64,000 bases of DNA from Ginsengibacter sp. GTDB lineage: Bacteria; Bacteroidota; Bacteroidia; Chitinophagales; Chitinophagaceae. Positions 17,686 to 27,706 of the stretch are shown one piece after another. The notes below the pieces were generated by a model, which saw nothing but the letters and a program-made list of their open reading frames with translations, had not been told where the DNA came from and searched no databases. Made by a program: the position numbers and the translations under genes. Within the stretch, counting starts at the first letter, position 1; every line of letters begins with the position of its first letter. The stretch spans positions 51,472-115,471 of the forward strand of contig JBQCEG010000083.1 in assembly GCA_051960475.1 (NCBI GenBank), in the 5' to 3' direction.

Positions 17686-18801
17686 ATGAAGTTCATTGTT
17701 TCCTCTTCTCAATTATTAAAGCATGTACAACAAATAAGCGGGGTGATCAGCGCGAATACGGTTTTGCCGATTCTTGAAGATTTTTTGTTTGAAATAGACA
17801 AGAACAAGCTTACGATAGTTGCTACAGACCTGGAAACTGTTATGAAAATTCATATGGATGTTGAAGCTAAAGACAGCGGCAAAGTTTGTATCCCCGCGAA
17901 GATCCTTCATGATTCATTGAAGAATATTCCTGAACAACCATTGACTTTTAATATTGATAAAAACAATGGTGTCGAAATTACAAGCGATAATGGGAAGTAC
18001 AAAGTAATGGGCGAAAACCCTGATAATTTTCCTAAAGAACCACTTGCTGAAAGCGCCAGTTCATTTTCAATGCCTTCTTCTGCATTGGTAACTGCTATCA
18101 ACAAATGCATCTTTGCCACAAGCTCTGACGAATTGCGGCCAGCAATGACAGGAATGTTTTTTGAACTTTCTTCAAATGGAATTACTACTGTCGCGACAGA
18201 CGCACACAGGCTTGTTCGTTATTCAAGAACAGACGTTTCATCGCCTGAAACGGCTTCTTTTGTGGTGCCTAAAAAGCCCTTGAATTTGTTAAAAAATGTT
18301 TTGCCTAATACCGACGCAGAGTTGACGATCTCGTACAACAGCAATCATCTTTTTGTAAAAGAAGATGACATTGAGCTCGTGTGCCGTCTTATCGACGCCA
18401 GATTCCCTGATTATAAAGTGGTGATCCCGGCTGACAATCCTTATAAACTTACTGTAAACAAACACGATTTTCAAAATGCACTGAGAAGAATAAATGTGTT
18501 CAGTAACAAGAGTACCAACCAGGTGGCGCTTGCCATCAGCGGAAGTGAATTGCAGCTGTCAGCGCAAGATGTAGATTTTAGTTTTGAGGGAAATGAAAGA
18601 ATGAGCTGCAGCTACGATGGCGAAGATCTTCAGATCGCATTTAATGCTAGATTCCTGATTGAAATGTTGAATGCTGCCGATACAGATGAAGTAGTTATCG
18701 AATTGAGTACTCCAACGAAAGCAGGAATTATAAAACCATCTGAGCAGGAAGAGAATGAACAGTTGTTGATGTTGGTAATGCCGCTTATGTTGAATGGTTA
18801 A
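17686..18801 (+). CDS. dnaN: DNA polymerase III beta subunit (sliding clamp)
   Basis: 371 aa. MKFIVSSSQLLKHVQQISGVI start, three-domain length, C-terminal LVMPLMLN. Confidence 0.92.
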   Translation: MKFIVSSSQLLKHVQQISGVISANTVLPILEDFLFEIDKNKLTIVATDLETVMKIHMDVEAKDSGKVCIPAKILHDSLKNIPEQPLTFNIDKNNGVEITSDNGKYKVMGENPDNFPKEPLAESASSFSMPSSALVTAINKCIFATSSDELRPAMTGMFFELSSNGITTVATDAHRLVRYSRTDVSSPETASFVVPKKPLNLLKNVLPNTDAELTISYNSNHLFVKEDDIELVCRLIDARFPDYKVVIPADNPYKLTVNKHDFQNALRRINVFSNKSTNQVALAISGSELQLSAQDVDFSFEGNERMSCSYDGEDLQIAFNARFLIEMLNAADTDEVVIELSTPTKAGIIKPSEQEENEQLLMLVMPLMLNG

Positions 18802-18840
18802 ATTAAATTTTTTATTAGGTTTCAGTTTAATAGTTTAAAT

Positions 18841-18874
18841 GGAGTCTGTTTATTCAGGCTCCGTTTTTATTTTG
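18841..18874 (+). terminator. intrinsic terminator after dnaN
   Basis: GGAGTC-N10-GGCTCC hairpin (one G.U pair) followed by GTTTTTATTTT. Confidence 0.5.
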
Positions 18875-18938
18875 CAACCTATTTTGCAAAAATGCATTCA
18901 CAAATTCTGTATTTTTAAGATAATCAAAATCGATATTA

Positions 18939-19376
18939 ATGGACTTTGTTACCGTAAGGACTTTTCAAAACTATTTTTCCGCTCACATCACTTTGACAAA
19001 ATTGAGAGACGCGGGCATTCAATGTTTTTTGAAAGACGAATTTACAGTTACGGTCGATCCAATACTATCAAATGCAGTTGGTGGAATCAAATTAGTGGTT
19101 GCAAAAGACCAGGAAGAAGCAGCCTTTCAATTATTAAATGAATTTGATGAAGCTTACCGTAAAACCGTTGCCTGCCCGCGCTGCGGAAGCAAATCGATAG
19201 AACTCGTACCAAAGCAAACAACTGGGAATTTGGCAACAGCAATTCTAACCTGGCTTTTCGGTAGTTATGCGATCTCAGCAAAAAATGTTTACCGGTGTTC
19301 CTCCTGTGGATATGAAAGCGAATCTTTACCTGAGGCATTAGATGCAAAGGACCTGGAAGAAACAGAAATGAATTAA
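18939..19376 (+). CDS. DUF2007 (putative signal-transducing) domain protein with split zinc-ribbon
   Basis: N-terminus VTVRTFQNYFSAHITLTKLRDAGIQCFLKDE is typical of DUF2007. In the C-terminus CPRCGS and CSSCGY flank a hydrophobic segment. Confidence 0.7.
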   Translation: MDFVTVRTFQNYFSAHITLTKLRDAGIQCFLKDEFTVTVDPILSNAVGGIKLVVAKDQEEAAFQLLNEFDEAYRKTVACPRCGSKSIELVPKQTTGNLATAILTWLFGSYAISAKNVYRCSSCGYESESLPEALDAKDLEETEMN

Positions 19377-19387
19377 AGGAAAAAAGA

Positions 19388-20122
19388 ATGAAAACAATTG
19401 CGTTTATACCTGCCCGTTATGCTGCTACAAGATTTCCAGGGAAGTTGATGCAAAAGCTTGGCGACAAAACTATCATCCGGCACACTTATGACAACACCGT
19501 TGCTACTCTCTTGTTTGACGAAGTGATTGTTGTTACAGACAGCCAAATTATCTTCGACGAGATCATTCAAAATGAAGGTTACGCAATCATGAGCAAGAAG
19601 CCGCATGAAAGCGGAAGCGACCGCATCGCAGAAGTTGTGGCAGATACTGAGGTTGATATTGTTGTAAATGTGCAGGGCGATGAACCTTTTGTAAAAAAAT
19701 CTTTGTTGCAGAATTTATTAAAGCCATTTAATGATGACAAAAAGCAGCAAATTCAAGTGGCTTCATTAATGCATCCGATAGTAAACGAAGAAATTATTCA
19801 AAATCCTAATCACGTGAAAGTAGTTGTGGATAAGGATTCCAATGCGCTTTTGTTTTCGCGAAGTGTCATTCCCTTTCATCGCGATAAAAATATCACCGCC
19901 AATTATTTTAAACACATTGGCATTTATGCTTTCCGTAAAAAAGCTTTAATGGATTTTACGAACTGGCAACCAACTCCTCTTGAAAAGATTGAAAAACTGG
20001 AACAACTGCGCTACCTGGAAAATGGAATAAAGATCAAAATGGTACTGACAGATGAAAGCCCGGTATCAATCGATACACCTGAAGATTTGGAAAATGCAAA
20101 GAAATTAATGTTCGATTTTTAA
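19388..20122 (+). CDS. kdsB: 3-deoxy-manno-octulosonate cytidylyltransferase (CMP-Kdo synthetase)
   Basis: IAFIPARYAATRFPGKL and VNVQGDEP motifs. 244 aa. Confidence 0.9.
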   Translation: MKTIAFIPARYAATRFPGKLMQKLGDKTIIRHTYDNTVATLLFDEVIVVTDSQIIFDEIIQNEGYAIMSKKPHESGSDRIAEVVADTEVDIVVNVQGDEPFVKKSLLQNLLKPFNDDKKQQIQVASLMHPIVNEEIIQNPNHVKVVVDKDSNALLFSRSVIPFHRDKNITANYFKHIGIYAFRKKALMDFTNWQPTPLEKIEKLEQLRYLENGIKIKMVLTDESPVSIDTPEDLENAKKLMFDF

Positions 20123-20173
20123 AGCCGTTCATTTTATCTTTATTCTACTATTTATTATATTAAAAATATACCG

Positions 20174-20701
20174 ATGTTGGTGAAACGAATTTGTGGAACT
20201 CTTTTTTTGATTATCGCCTTTTTAGCCAGCTCATGCAGCCAGCAGGATAAAATGGAAATAGAAAAATCTGCCTCTTCATTTGATTTAAAACAAGGCGAAG
20301 CTTCCGTATTACAGTCCAACAGGCATTTCATCAAATCTTATAAAGCGCATGATTCAGCCGCGATAGCACAAGCTTTTACCAAAAATGCAAAAGTGATGGT
20401 GGCAAACCATGAGCCGGTTGAAGGAAGGAACCACATAGGTGAATACTTTTCAGGAATGATAAAATCTGGCATCAGCGATATTCAGTTGAATACAGAAAAA
20501 ATTTGGGGCGATAGTTCGATCCTTGTTGAAGAAGGAAAGTTCGCCCTGTTTGATCAAAAGGGAGACCAGGCAGATAAAGGCGAATACATTGCTTTGTGGC
20601 AACGTGAATCGGGCAACTGGAAAGTTTACAGGGATATGTGGACGAGCAACCAGCCTAAGTCGGTTTTAAACATCAGCGACTCTGCTTTGATCAAACATTA
20701 A
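20174..20701 (+). CDS. SnoaL-like/DUF4440 (NTF2-fold) lipoprotein
   Basis: Lipobox FLASSC. The C-terminal pattern GEYIALWQRESGNWKVYRDMW is typical of DUF4440/NTF2-like proteins. Confidence 0.6.
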   Translation: MLVKRICGTLFLIIAFLASSCSQQDKMEIEKSASSFDLKQGEASVLQSNRHFIKSYKAHDSAAIAQAFTKNAKVMVANHEPVEGRNHIGEYFSGMIKSGISDIQLNTEKIWGDSSILVEEGKFALFDQKGDQADKGEYIALWQRESGNWKVYRDMWTSNQPKSVLNISDSALIKH

Positions 20702-20729
20702 TACTTTCATCTCTTAATATTTTCACCCA

Positions 20730-21818
20730 ATGCAAACCGAAAGGTATTTATCGTTTATAAAACCTTTGGAAAGGCTGATCACTAAAAAAGTGCTGCAGGT
20801 AAATCCAACCGTCGCACCCATGCGAAGGGAGCCCGAAAAGACTACCATATTTGTTTATGAATATGATCCAGCAGATGTAAAATGCCGCGAACTACAATCC
20901 ATTGAACAAACATTTGAATACCTGAACAGCACGAAAAATGTCTGGATCAATATGGATGGTTTAAAAAAAGCTGATGTTGACAAAATATGTGATCATTTTG
21001 CCATCCACCCGCTTATTGCCGAAGACATTTTAAGTTCAGGGCAAAGACCAAAAATGGATGAACTGAATCATCTCATTTATTGCCTGCTGAATATGCTTTA
21101 TTTTAATTCAGAATTTTCTTCTGTTGAAAGTGAGCAGATAAGCATTGTGCTCGGATCCAATTTTGTTTTAAGTTTTCAGGAAGATGCTTCGCGAGATGTG
21201 TTTGATCTTTTGAGACAAAAAATAAAAATGAGCGGAACGAAAGTGAGGGAATCTAAAGTCGATTATTTGTTTTATTCACTGATAGATTTGATCGTGGATA
21301 ATTATTTTGTGGTGATGGAAAAATTAGGTGAGAAAATAGAAATGCTCGAAGACAGGATTACAGAACATCCAAACACACAAACGCTTGCGCGCATTAATCT
21401 GTTGAGAAAAGAAATGATCTTTTTGCGCAGAAATATTACACCAGTCAGGGAAATGATCAATGGAATTTTGCGCAGTGATATTAATTTGATTGAAGAAAAA
21501 ACCGAGCGATATTTTAAAGATGTTTATGATCACATTGTACAGGCAACAGAGCTTGCCGAAAACTACAGGGATATGATGATCACACTTCAGGATCTTTATT
21601 TGAACAATGTAAATCTCAAGATGAATGAAGTGATGAAAGTGATGGCAGTGGTGACATGTCTTCTGGCGCCGGCAACAGTTATTGGTGGAATTTTCGGGAT
21701 GAACTTTATCCGCATTCCATGGTTGCACAACCCTTATGGATTTTTCATCGCTGTCGGCTTAATGTTCATCATTCCTTTGTGGATGATCTGGATCTTCAAA
21801 AAAAGAGGTTGGTTTTAA
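20730..21818 (+). CDS. corA: magnesium/cobalt transporter CorA
   Basis: GIFGMNF (GMN motif) between two C-terminal TM helices. 362 aa. Confidence 0.9.
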   Translation: MQTERYLSFIKPLERLITKKVLQVNPTVAPMRREPEKTTIFVYEYDPADVKCRELQSIEQTFEYLNSTKNVWINMDGLKKADVDKICDHFAIHPLIAEDILSSGQRPKMDELNHLIYCLLNMLYFNSEFSSVESEQISIVLGSNFVLSFQEDASRDVFDLLRQKIKMSGTKVRESKVDYLFYSLIDLIVDNYFVVMEKLGEKIEMLEDRITEHPNTQTLARINLLRKEMIFLRRNITPVREMINGILRSDINLIEEKTERYFKDVYDHIVQATELAENYRDMMITLQDLYLNNVNLKMNEVMKVMAVVTCLLAPATVIGGIFGMNFIRIPWLHNPYGFFIAVGLMFIIPLWMIWIFKKRGWF

Positions 21819-21825
21819 GAAAAAA

Positions 21826-24060
21826 TCATTTCGCAGAATCGATTTTCAAAAGCGCTTGTACCTGGCGCAAAGCGTCAATATTATTTTCACGAAACATCGA
21901 CGCATTTACTTCCTTTTTTTCGCTTGCTGTCAGGTGAAAATTAAGCGGCGCTTCTCCTTCCGGATTTTTAGGAACATACATGAATGAAACACGATGAAGC
22001 ATATCTCCAAAATTCTTTTTCAAATAAGCCAGCTCATCCTCCTGCATATAATCCTGGAGAGTAAACCAATTTGTCTGGATCATCGTAAAAGGATTCGTGA
22101 TGATATCAGAAATCCCTCCAATGTTGTAGCCATTGTTCCAGCTTCCTTTTTTCCTTGATCTCACTTGTATCAACAGCACGCCGCGCGTGTTTTGTTTTAT
22201 CCAATCTTCAAAAACATTCAAAAACCGATAGGCAGTTTCCGCCCCGGAATTATCGCGCAAACCGGCGTCCATCACATCAATAATTGGTTTGGAAGGAAGC
22301 CACACTGCGGGTAAAACATAGGGATAAGTTGCATTCATTCGGAGCGCAGTCAGCAGCCTTAAATTCATCGGATCCATATTTTTAAAAAAGGCTCCAAAAT
22401 CAACTGCATCAGGTCCTGTTATTGCGGTTGTGCTGTCCCTAAATGAAGGCTGCATCATGAAACTGATGGGTTGAGTACTGATCATCAGTTTTTTAAAATC
22501 ACGCGTGATAGTAGAACTGAGGATCATCAAAGGAATACGCGCTCTTCTTTCATCTTTAGCATAAAAGCCCACAGGTAGATCAAGTGTGTAATGCGTGTTT
22601 TCATTTAGTTTTTCTTCAAAAGCATATCCACGGTCTTTCACGTAACGGTAATGGGTGTACGAAAATTTTTGTGTAGGTGAAATTAGGTCGCGGGTAATGA
22701 GAGAAGAAAAAACAGGATTCAAAAGATCTTTTGAGATGTTGTCAACATATTCTTTATTGTCAGGATCCACTCTTGCTCCATTGATTTTTAAACGTGAAAG
22801 TTCACGGTAATAAGCAGCCGCGAGCATGCCACCTGAAGCCCCACTCATCAACATTGTTTTCTGCATAATTTTTCCATCACTTATGCTATCAAGCGCCTGC
22901 AACACGTTCATTGAAAAGCTGGCGCTCCTGACACCTCCGCCGCTAAAATTGAAAACAACTAACAAGGGTTTCTCTTCAGCCTGGTTTTGTTTCCAATAAT
23001 CAAGAATGTCAATCATGTTGTTTTTATCAGAATCAATCTTTGCCGGAGAAACAAGTGAATCCAAACTTTGTAATGAATAAGAAGGACGGTCAGGGTTTTG
23101 GTAATTCAATCCATATGCTTTGTTGCGCGGGTCAATTACATCGTATTTATACAGCATATTGAAAATGGTGTAAAGCAGAATAATAAACAACAAACTCCAG
23201 CTCCTCAGAAAATAAGAGAGCGCGCCCATCACAGAATTTAATATCGCGAAAAACAACAGGATGCTTGCTGATGCGGGGATCTGGAAAAGAGGATTGTCCA
23301 AAAAAAATGCAATGAACAACATAAAAATAAACGCAACCAAAATGGAAAGCATTGCTGAGAAATGATGGCGCTTAAAAATCACATCGAGAAAATTCTGGCT
23401 GTAATGCTTTACAGAACGCACTTTTCTAACTTTCAATCTCGTGCTCAGGTAGTTTTTTACAGGCAAGCCGAAATCGTCAACCAAAATTTTTTCCTCCTGG
23501 GTTTCAGGAATTTTATTTTCATCAATATCTTTTAAAACGGGGGGCAGTGTTCTGATGATCGTCCTGTCGGCTCCAAAAAAGTACAGGAAAGAAATAAGCA
23601 GAATGAAAACAAATCCACCAACAAAACCGGCCACTGTAAACAAGAACTGTTTTAATGGAATTAATTCTTTTAACCTGTCGAAGTAAAGCGCTTCAAAAAA
23701 ATACAACAATAAAAAGGCAATCGGAATGATAGCATTATTGACACAATATTTCAAAAACGGTTTTGAACTGGTGGCCAAAAAACGGAAGCGTCCACTGTGC
23801 AGGATAAAAGTGGTAATATCCCAGCTTATAATAAAAATTCCCGTGGCAATGCCGGTTATGGCGCCGCCGCCTGCATTTACTGTTCCCAAATATTCAGGTG
23901 CCAGGAACAAAGTATTGGCGCCAAAGGTGCCCATGAAATGACCTGAAACCGTTAGAAAAAGAATTAACCACAGGATCAACAGAACCTGCGATTTCCTGAA
24001 ATGCAGTAGCAGCAACTGGATAGGAAATGAATAATAAAAATTATGAAAAAACTTTTTCAT
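21826..24060 (-). CDS. patatin-like phospholipase fused to an N-terminal polytopic membrane domain
   Basis: 744 aa. About 330 aa with multiple TM helices, then FSGGGVRS (oxyanion hole), GASGG (GxSxG nucleophile) and DAGLRDN (catalytic Asp). Confidence 0.8.
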   Translation of the reverse strand: MKKFFHNFYYSFPIQLLLLHFRKSQVLLILWLILFLTVSGHFMGTFGANTLFLAPEYLGTVNAGGGAITGIATGIFIISWDITTFILHSGRFRFLATSSKPFLKYCVNNAIIPIAFLLLYFFEALYFDRLKELIPLKQFLFTVAGFVGGFVFILLISFLYFFGADRTIIRTLPPVLKDIDENKIPETQEEKILVDDFGLPVKNYLSTRLKVRKVRSVKHYSQNFLDVIFKRHHFSAMLSILVAFIFMLFIAFFLDNPLFQIPASASILLFFAILNSVMGALSYFLRSWSLLFIILLYTIFNMLYKYDVIDPRNKAYGLNYQNPDRPSYSLQSLDSLVSPAKIDSDKNNMIDILDYWKQNQAEEKPLLVVFNFSGGGVRSASFSMNVLQALDSISDGKIMQKTMLMSGASGGMLAAAYYRELSRLKINGARVDPDNKEYVDNISKDLLNPVFSSLITRDLISPTQKFSYTHYRYVKDRGYAFEEKLNENTHYTLDLPVGFYAKDERRARIPLMILSSTITRDFKKLMISTQPISFMMQPSFRDSTTAITGPDAVDFGAFFKNMDPMNLRLLTALRMNATYPYVLPAVWLPSKPIIDVMDAGLRDNSGAETAYRFLNVFEDWIKQNTRGVLLIQVRSRKKGSWNNGYNIGGISDIITNPFTMIQTNWFTLQDYMQEDELAYLKKNFGDMLHRVSFMYVPKNPEGEAPLNFHLTASEKKEVNASMFRENNIDALRQVQALLKIDSAK

Positions 24061-24080
24061 CCAAGGTCATTTCAAACGGC

Positions 24081-25145
24081 TTAAAAATAGCTTTGAACAG
24101 CAGCTGGCCGTATGAGATAAAGCATAAAAACGATTGACATCAAAAACAGGATGGCAACCAACTGATGCGCTACGCCAAACCAAACTAGATCATTTCCATA
24201 CGGCGACAATAAAACTGTTGTAATTCCCAATAAAACCTGCACAGTGACAAGCAGCAGCGGAAGAAATCTTGTTCTTAAAAATAACGCACTTCCGCGCATG
24301 TTTCTTGCCTTAATTGTCCAAATGATTACCAGCACAAAAATCGTGTAAGCAAAAGTTCGATGGATGAACTGAACTGCAATTTTGTTATCCAGCAAATTTT
24401 TCCACCAGGGAGAAAGCCTGTCGAGTGAAGCCGGAATCCATTGTCCGTTGATGGTTGGCCACGTCGGCGCAGCTGTTGCCGCATGAAGACCGGCCATAAA
24501 AGCGCCATAAATCAACTGGAAGAAAAGAACGATCATGATGGCCCATGAAACTTTTCGTAAGCCTTTATTATAAGTTTTCATACTCGAGGGAACAGAGATA
24601 CTGAGTGCAAACCCGAAAGTATAACACAACAGAACCAGTGCCGTCATGAAATGTGTTGCGAGTTTAATGTGGTCAACAAAAAGCCTGTCAGGCACCAATC
24701 CACTCGCCACCATGATCCATCCAATTGCACCTTGTATCATTCCTAATAAAAACAAAATGATAAAAGGAATGATCATATCTTTTTTGAATTGTTTTTTTAT
24801 AAGGAAATAAAAAAATCCTACTAAAAAAACAAGGCCCATCAATCTTGCCCAATTGCGGTGAAACCATTCCCAAAAAAAGATCCTTTTAAAATCGCTTAAT
24901 GAAAAATCGGCATGAATATGTCTGAATTGGTCCGTGCCTTTATATTTTGAAAATTCGGTCATCCATTGGGCATGATTCAAAGGCGGAAGCGCACCGGTGA
25001 TTGGGTTCCATTCTGTGATACTCAATCCTGATTCCGTGACCCTTGTAATTCCCCCCAACACTATTTGGATGACGAGCATAAAAACGCCAAGGTAAAGCCA
25101 CCGGGCAACGTTTTTATTCGTTTTTTTCAATAAAATCTCAGCCAT
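24081..25145 (-). CDS. ctaA: heme A synthase (COX15/CtaA family)
   Basis: GGITRVTESGLSITEWNPITG start motif, 8-TM layout with conserved His residues. 354 aa. Confidence 0.85.
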   Translation of the reverse strand: MAEILLKKTNKNVARWLYLGVFMLVIQIVLGGITRVTESGLSITEWNPITGALPPLNHAQWMTEFSKYKGTDQFRHIHADFSLSDFKRIFFWEWFHRNWARLMGLVFLVGFFYFLIKKQFKKDMIIPFIILFLLGMIQGAIGWIMVASGLVPDRLFVDHIKLATHFMTALVLLCYTFGFALSISVPSSMKTYNKGLRKVSWAIMIVLFFQLIYGAFMAGLHAATAAPTWPTINGQWIPASLDRLSPWWKNLLDNKIAVQFIHRTFAYTIFVLVIIWTIKARNMRGSALFLRTRFLPLLLVTVQVLLGITTVLLSPYGNDLVWFGVAHQLVAILFLMSIVFMLYLIRPAAVQSYF

Positions 25146-25312
25146 TTTATTTTGGATTTATTGTTATTGGTTTGTTCATATTGGATTTCAACCTTGTAAA
25201 GGTAAACTTCAACAACCTATTTTCTCTACAGATTGTTTTAAAATTCAATGTTTAAAACTTGTTTCGAGATAATAAAAAGTGATCATTATTTTTGAAAAAA
25301 AAGTTTTAGAAA

Positions 25313-25927
25313 TTGCTGCTTCCTTTTTTTCATAACAAGTTTGTTGAAGCCGGTGTAGACGAAGTGGGCCGCGGATGTTATGCAGGACCGGTTTATGCAG
25401 CAGCTGTCATTCTTCCAAAAACTTTTTATCATCCTTTATTAAATGATTCGAAGGAACTTACAAAAGAAGAACGGAATATCCTCCGGCCGATCATTGAAAA
25501 AGAATGTTATTCTTTTGCGGTAGCAAGTGTTTCTAATGTAGAAATTGACCGAATCAATATTTTGCAAGCTTCCTTTAAAGCCATGCATCTTGCACTCAAC
25601 AAGTTGAAAACCAATCCTGAATTGCTTTTGGTTGACGGCAATCGGTTCAAAAAATATAAAAAACTTCCGCATCAATGTATGATCAAAGGCGACGGAATGT
25701 ATGCGCCAATCGCTGCGGCAAGTGTTCTGGCCAAATGCTACCGGGATGAATACATGGAAAATCTTCATTACAAATATTCAATGTATTCTTGGGACAAAAA
25801 CAAAGGTTATGGAACCCGCGAACATCGTGCAGCAATTGACATTCACGGTTTATGTCGCTATCACCGCAAAAGTTTTAATATCTGGCCTGACTTCTCAACA
25901 TCCGAAGAGGTGATGGTGGAAGATTAA
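25313..25927 (+). CDS. rnhB: ribonuclease HII
   Basis: TTG start. EAGVDEVGRGCYAGPVYAAAVIL (DEAGRG motif) and DSKELT. Confidence 0.9.
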   Translation: MLLPFFHNKFVEAGVDEVGRGCYAGPVYAAAVILPKTFYHPLLNDSKELTKEERNILRPIIEKECYSFAVASVSNVEIDRINILQASFKAMHLALNKLKTNPELLLVDGNRFKKYKKLPHQCMIKGDGMYAPIAAASVLAKCYRDEYMENLHYKYSMYSWDKNKGYGTREHRAAIDIHGLCRYHRKSFNIWPDFSTSEEVMVED

Positions 25928-25995
25928 ATATAATTCTGTACTTTTTATCTGTTCACTGCTGTCCAACGAAAAAAATAATTCCTTTTTTTGTTGCG

Positions 25996-26613
25996 TTACT
26001 GGTTGGCAAATGCCCACTCTCCAAGCCCTTCACGAAGAACAACCCAATTATCAGTTGTACAATCAACAACTGTAGAAGGAATGATGCCGCCGGGGCCGCC
26101 ATCGATCACGAGATCGACCTGGTTTCCAAATGTTTCATTAATTATTTCCGGATCTGTTAATTCTTCTGCCATTTGCCCGGGAAGAGAAGCGCTTAGAATT
26201 GGATTTCCCAACTCTTCAAGAATGGCCTGGCATATAACGTTGTCGGGTACACGCAACCCGATCGTTTCTTTTTTGCTTTTTAAAATTTTAGGTACCTGTT
26301 TGCTTGCCGGCAATACAAAAGTATAAGGACCCGGAAGGCACAGTTTCAATGTACGGTAGAGCGGGGTATCTATACTTTTTGTATAATCGCTTAGATGGCT
26401 CAAATCGCGGCAGATAAAGGAAAGATGGGATTTTTTCGGATCAATGTTCTTAATTCTGCAAATTCTTTCTACAGCTTTTGGTTGATGAATGTCACAACCA
26501 AGGCCATAAATCGTGTCAGTAGGATAAATAATTACGCCACCATTTTTCAAAACTTCAGCGACCTGCTTTATAAGTCGCGGTTGCGGATTTTCCGGGTGTA
26601 TCGATAAGAGCAT
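25996..26613 (-). CDS. tsaC: L-threonylcarbamoyladenylate synthase (TsaC/YrdC/Sua5 family)
   Basis: IIYPTDTIYGLGCD, LRVP and SAS motifs. 205 aa. Confidence 0.88.
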   Translation of the reverse strand: MLLSIHPENPQPRLIKQVAEVLKNGGVIIYPTDTIYGLGCDIHQPKAVERICRIKNIDPKKSHLSFICRDLSHLSDYTKSIDTPLYRTLKLCLPGPYTFVLPASKQVPKILKSKKETIGLRVPDNVICQAILEELGNPILSASLPGQMAEELTDPEIINETFGNQVDLVIDGGPGGIIPSTVVDCTTDNWVVLREGLGEWAFANQ

Positions 26614-26710
26614 AATTAATAAGTTTACTACAAATATAATTTTATTTTCCCCTTCTTCCGGAAGCTGGACAATTAACCTTTAACTGTTATCTCAATCAAC
26701 TATTATCTTT

Positions 26711-26718
26711 TACATTTG
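26711..26718 (+). promoter_or_regulatory. -7 promoter box TACATTTG
   Basis: TAnnTTTG match 28 nt upstream of ATG 26747. Confidence 0.4.
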
Positions 26719-26746
26719 CACGGATTTTAAAAGAAACACACTTAAT

Positions 26747-27670
26747 ATGGCTATTATTACGCTCGGTTCTATGGCTTTTGATGCGATTGAAACACCTTTT
26801 GGAAAAACGGATAAGATTGTTGGCGGTTCAGGAACTTATGTGGCTTATGCCGCGAGTCATCTGACTAAACCGATCCAACAAATCTCCATTGTTGGCAATG
26901 ATTTTCCTGAAGAGGAAATGAACGAATTAAAAAGAAGAGGCGTCAACCTAACCGGGGTAGAAATTGTTCCTGATCAAAAATCATTTTTTTGGAGCGGAAG
27001 ATACCACATGGATATGAATACGAGAGACACACTCGTTACCGATCTGAATGTGCTTGCCGGTTTTGATCCAAAAGTTCCTGAAGAATACCAGGGTTCCGAT
27101 TATTTAATGTTGGGTAACCTGATGCCAAGTTTACAGTTGAGCGTGATCGAACAATTGCGCAACCGCCCGGATTTGGTCGTTTTAGACACGATGAATTTTT
27201 GGATGGAAACGTCAATGGAAGACTTGAAAAAGGTTTTGCAAAAAGTAGATGTTTTGTTGATCAATGATAGTGAAGCGCGTCAATTAAGTGGCGAATATTC
27301 ATTGGTAAAATGCGCTAAAAGTATTTTGCAAATGGGCCCTCGCTTTTTGATCATTAAAAAAGGAGAACATGGCGCTTTACTTTTTCATGAAGACCAGGTA
27401 TTTTTTGCACCTGCTTTGCCGCTTGAAGAGGTTTTTGATCCAACGGGTGCAGGCGATGCTTTTGCCGGCGGATTTATTGGCTACATCGACAGCACAAAAA
27501 ATATAAGTTTTGAAAACATGAAAACAGCTATTATCGTCGGATCGGCAATGGCAAGTTTTTGCGTGGAAGCTTTCGGCCCACAACGTTTGAAAGAAATTTC
27601 CAAAAAAGATATTGATCAGCGGCTGGAAGAATTTGTCCAGTTAGTGAATTTTAATATTTCACTTGAGTGA
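26747..27670 (+). CDS. PfkB-family carbohydrate kinase
   Basis: C-terminal DPTGAGDAFAGGF signature. 307 aa. Confidence 0.85.
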   Translation: MAIITLGSMAFDAIETPFGKTDKIVGGSGTYVAYAASHLTKPIQQISIVGNDFPEEEMNELKRRGVNLTGVEIVPDQKSFFWSGRYHMDMNTRDTLVTDLNVLAGFDPKVPEEYQGSDYLMLGNLMPSLQLSVIEQLRNRPDLVVLDTMNFWMETSMEDLKKVLQKVDVLLINDSEARQLSGEYSLVKCAKSILQMGPRFLIIKKGEHGALLFHEDQVFFAPALPLEEVFDPTGAGDAFAGGFIGYIDSTKNISFENMKTAIIVGSAMASFCVEAFGPQRLKEISKKDIDQRLEEFVQLVNFNISLE

Positions 27671-27706
27671 ATCCTGAGATCATTTATCAAAAAGTAAAAG
27701 TGAAAA

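Noticed and set aside
18839-19141. 100-aa ORF overlapping the terminator after dnaN and the 5' half of the DUF2007 gene in another frame.
   Set aside because: It starts inside the dnaN terminator hairpin. The DUF2007 frame has the recognisable domain, and this frame gives Cys/Phe/Ile-rich shadow sequence.
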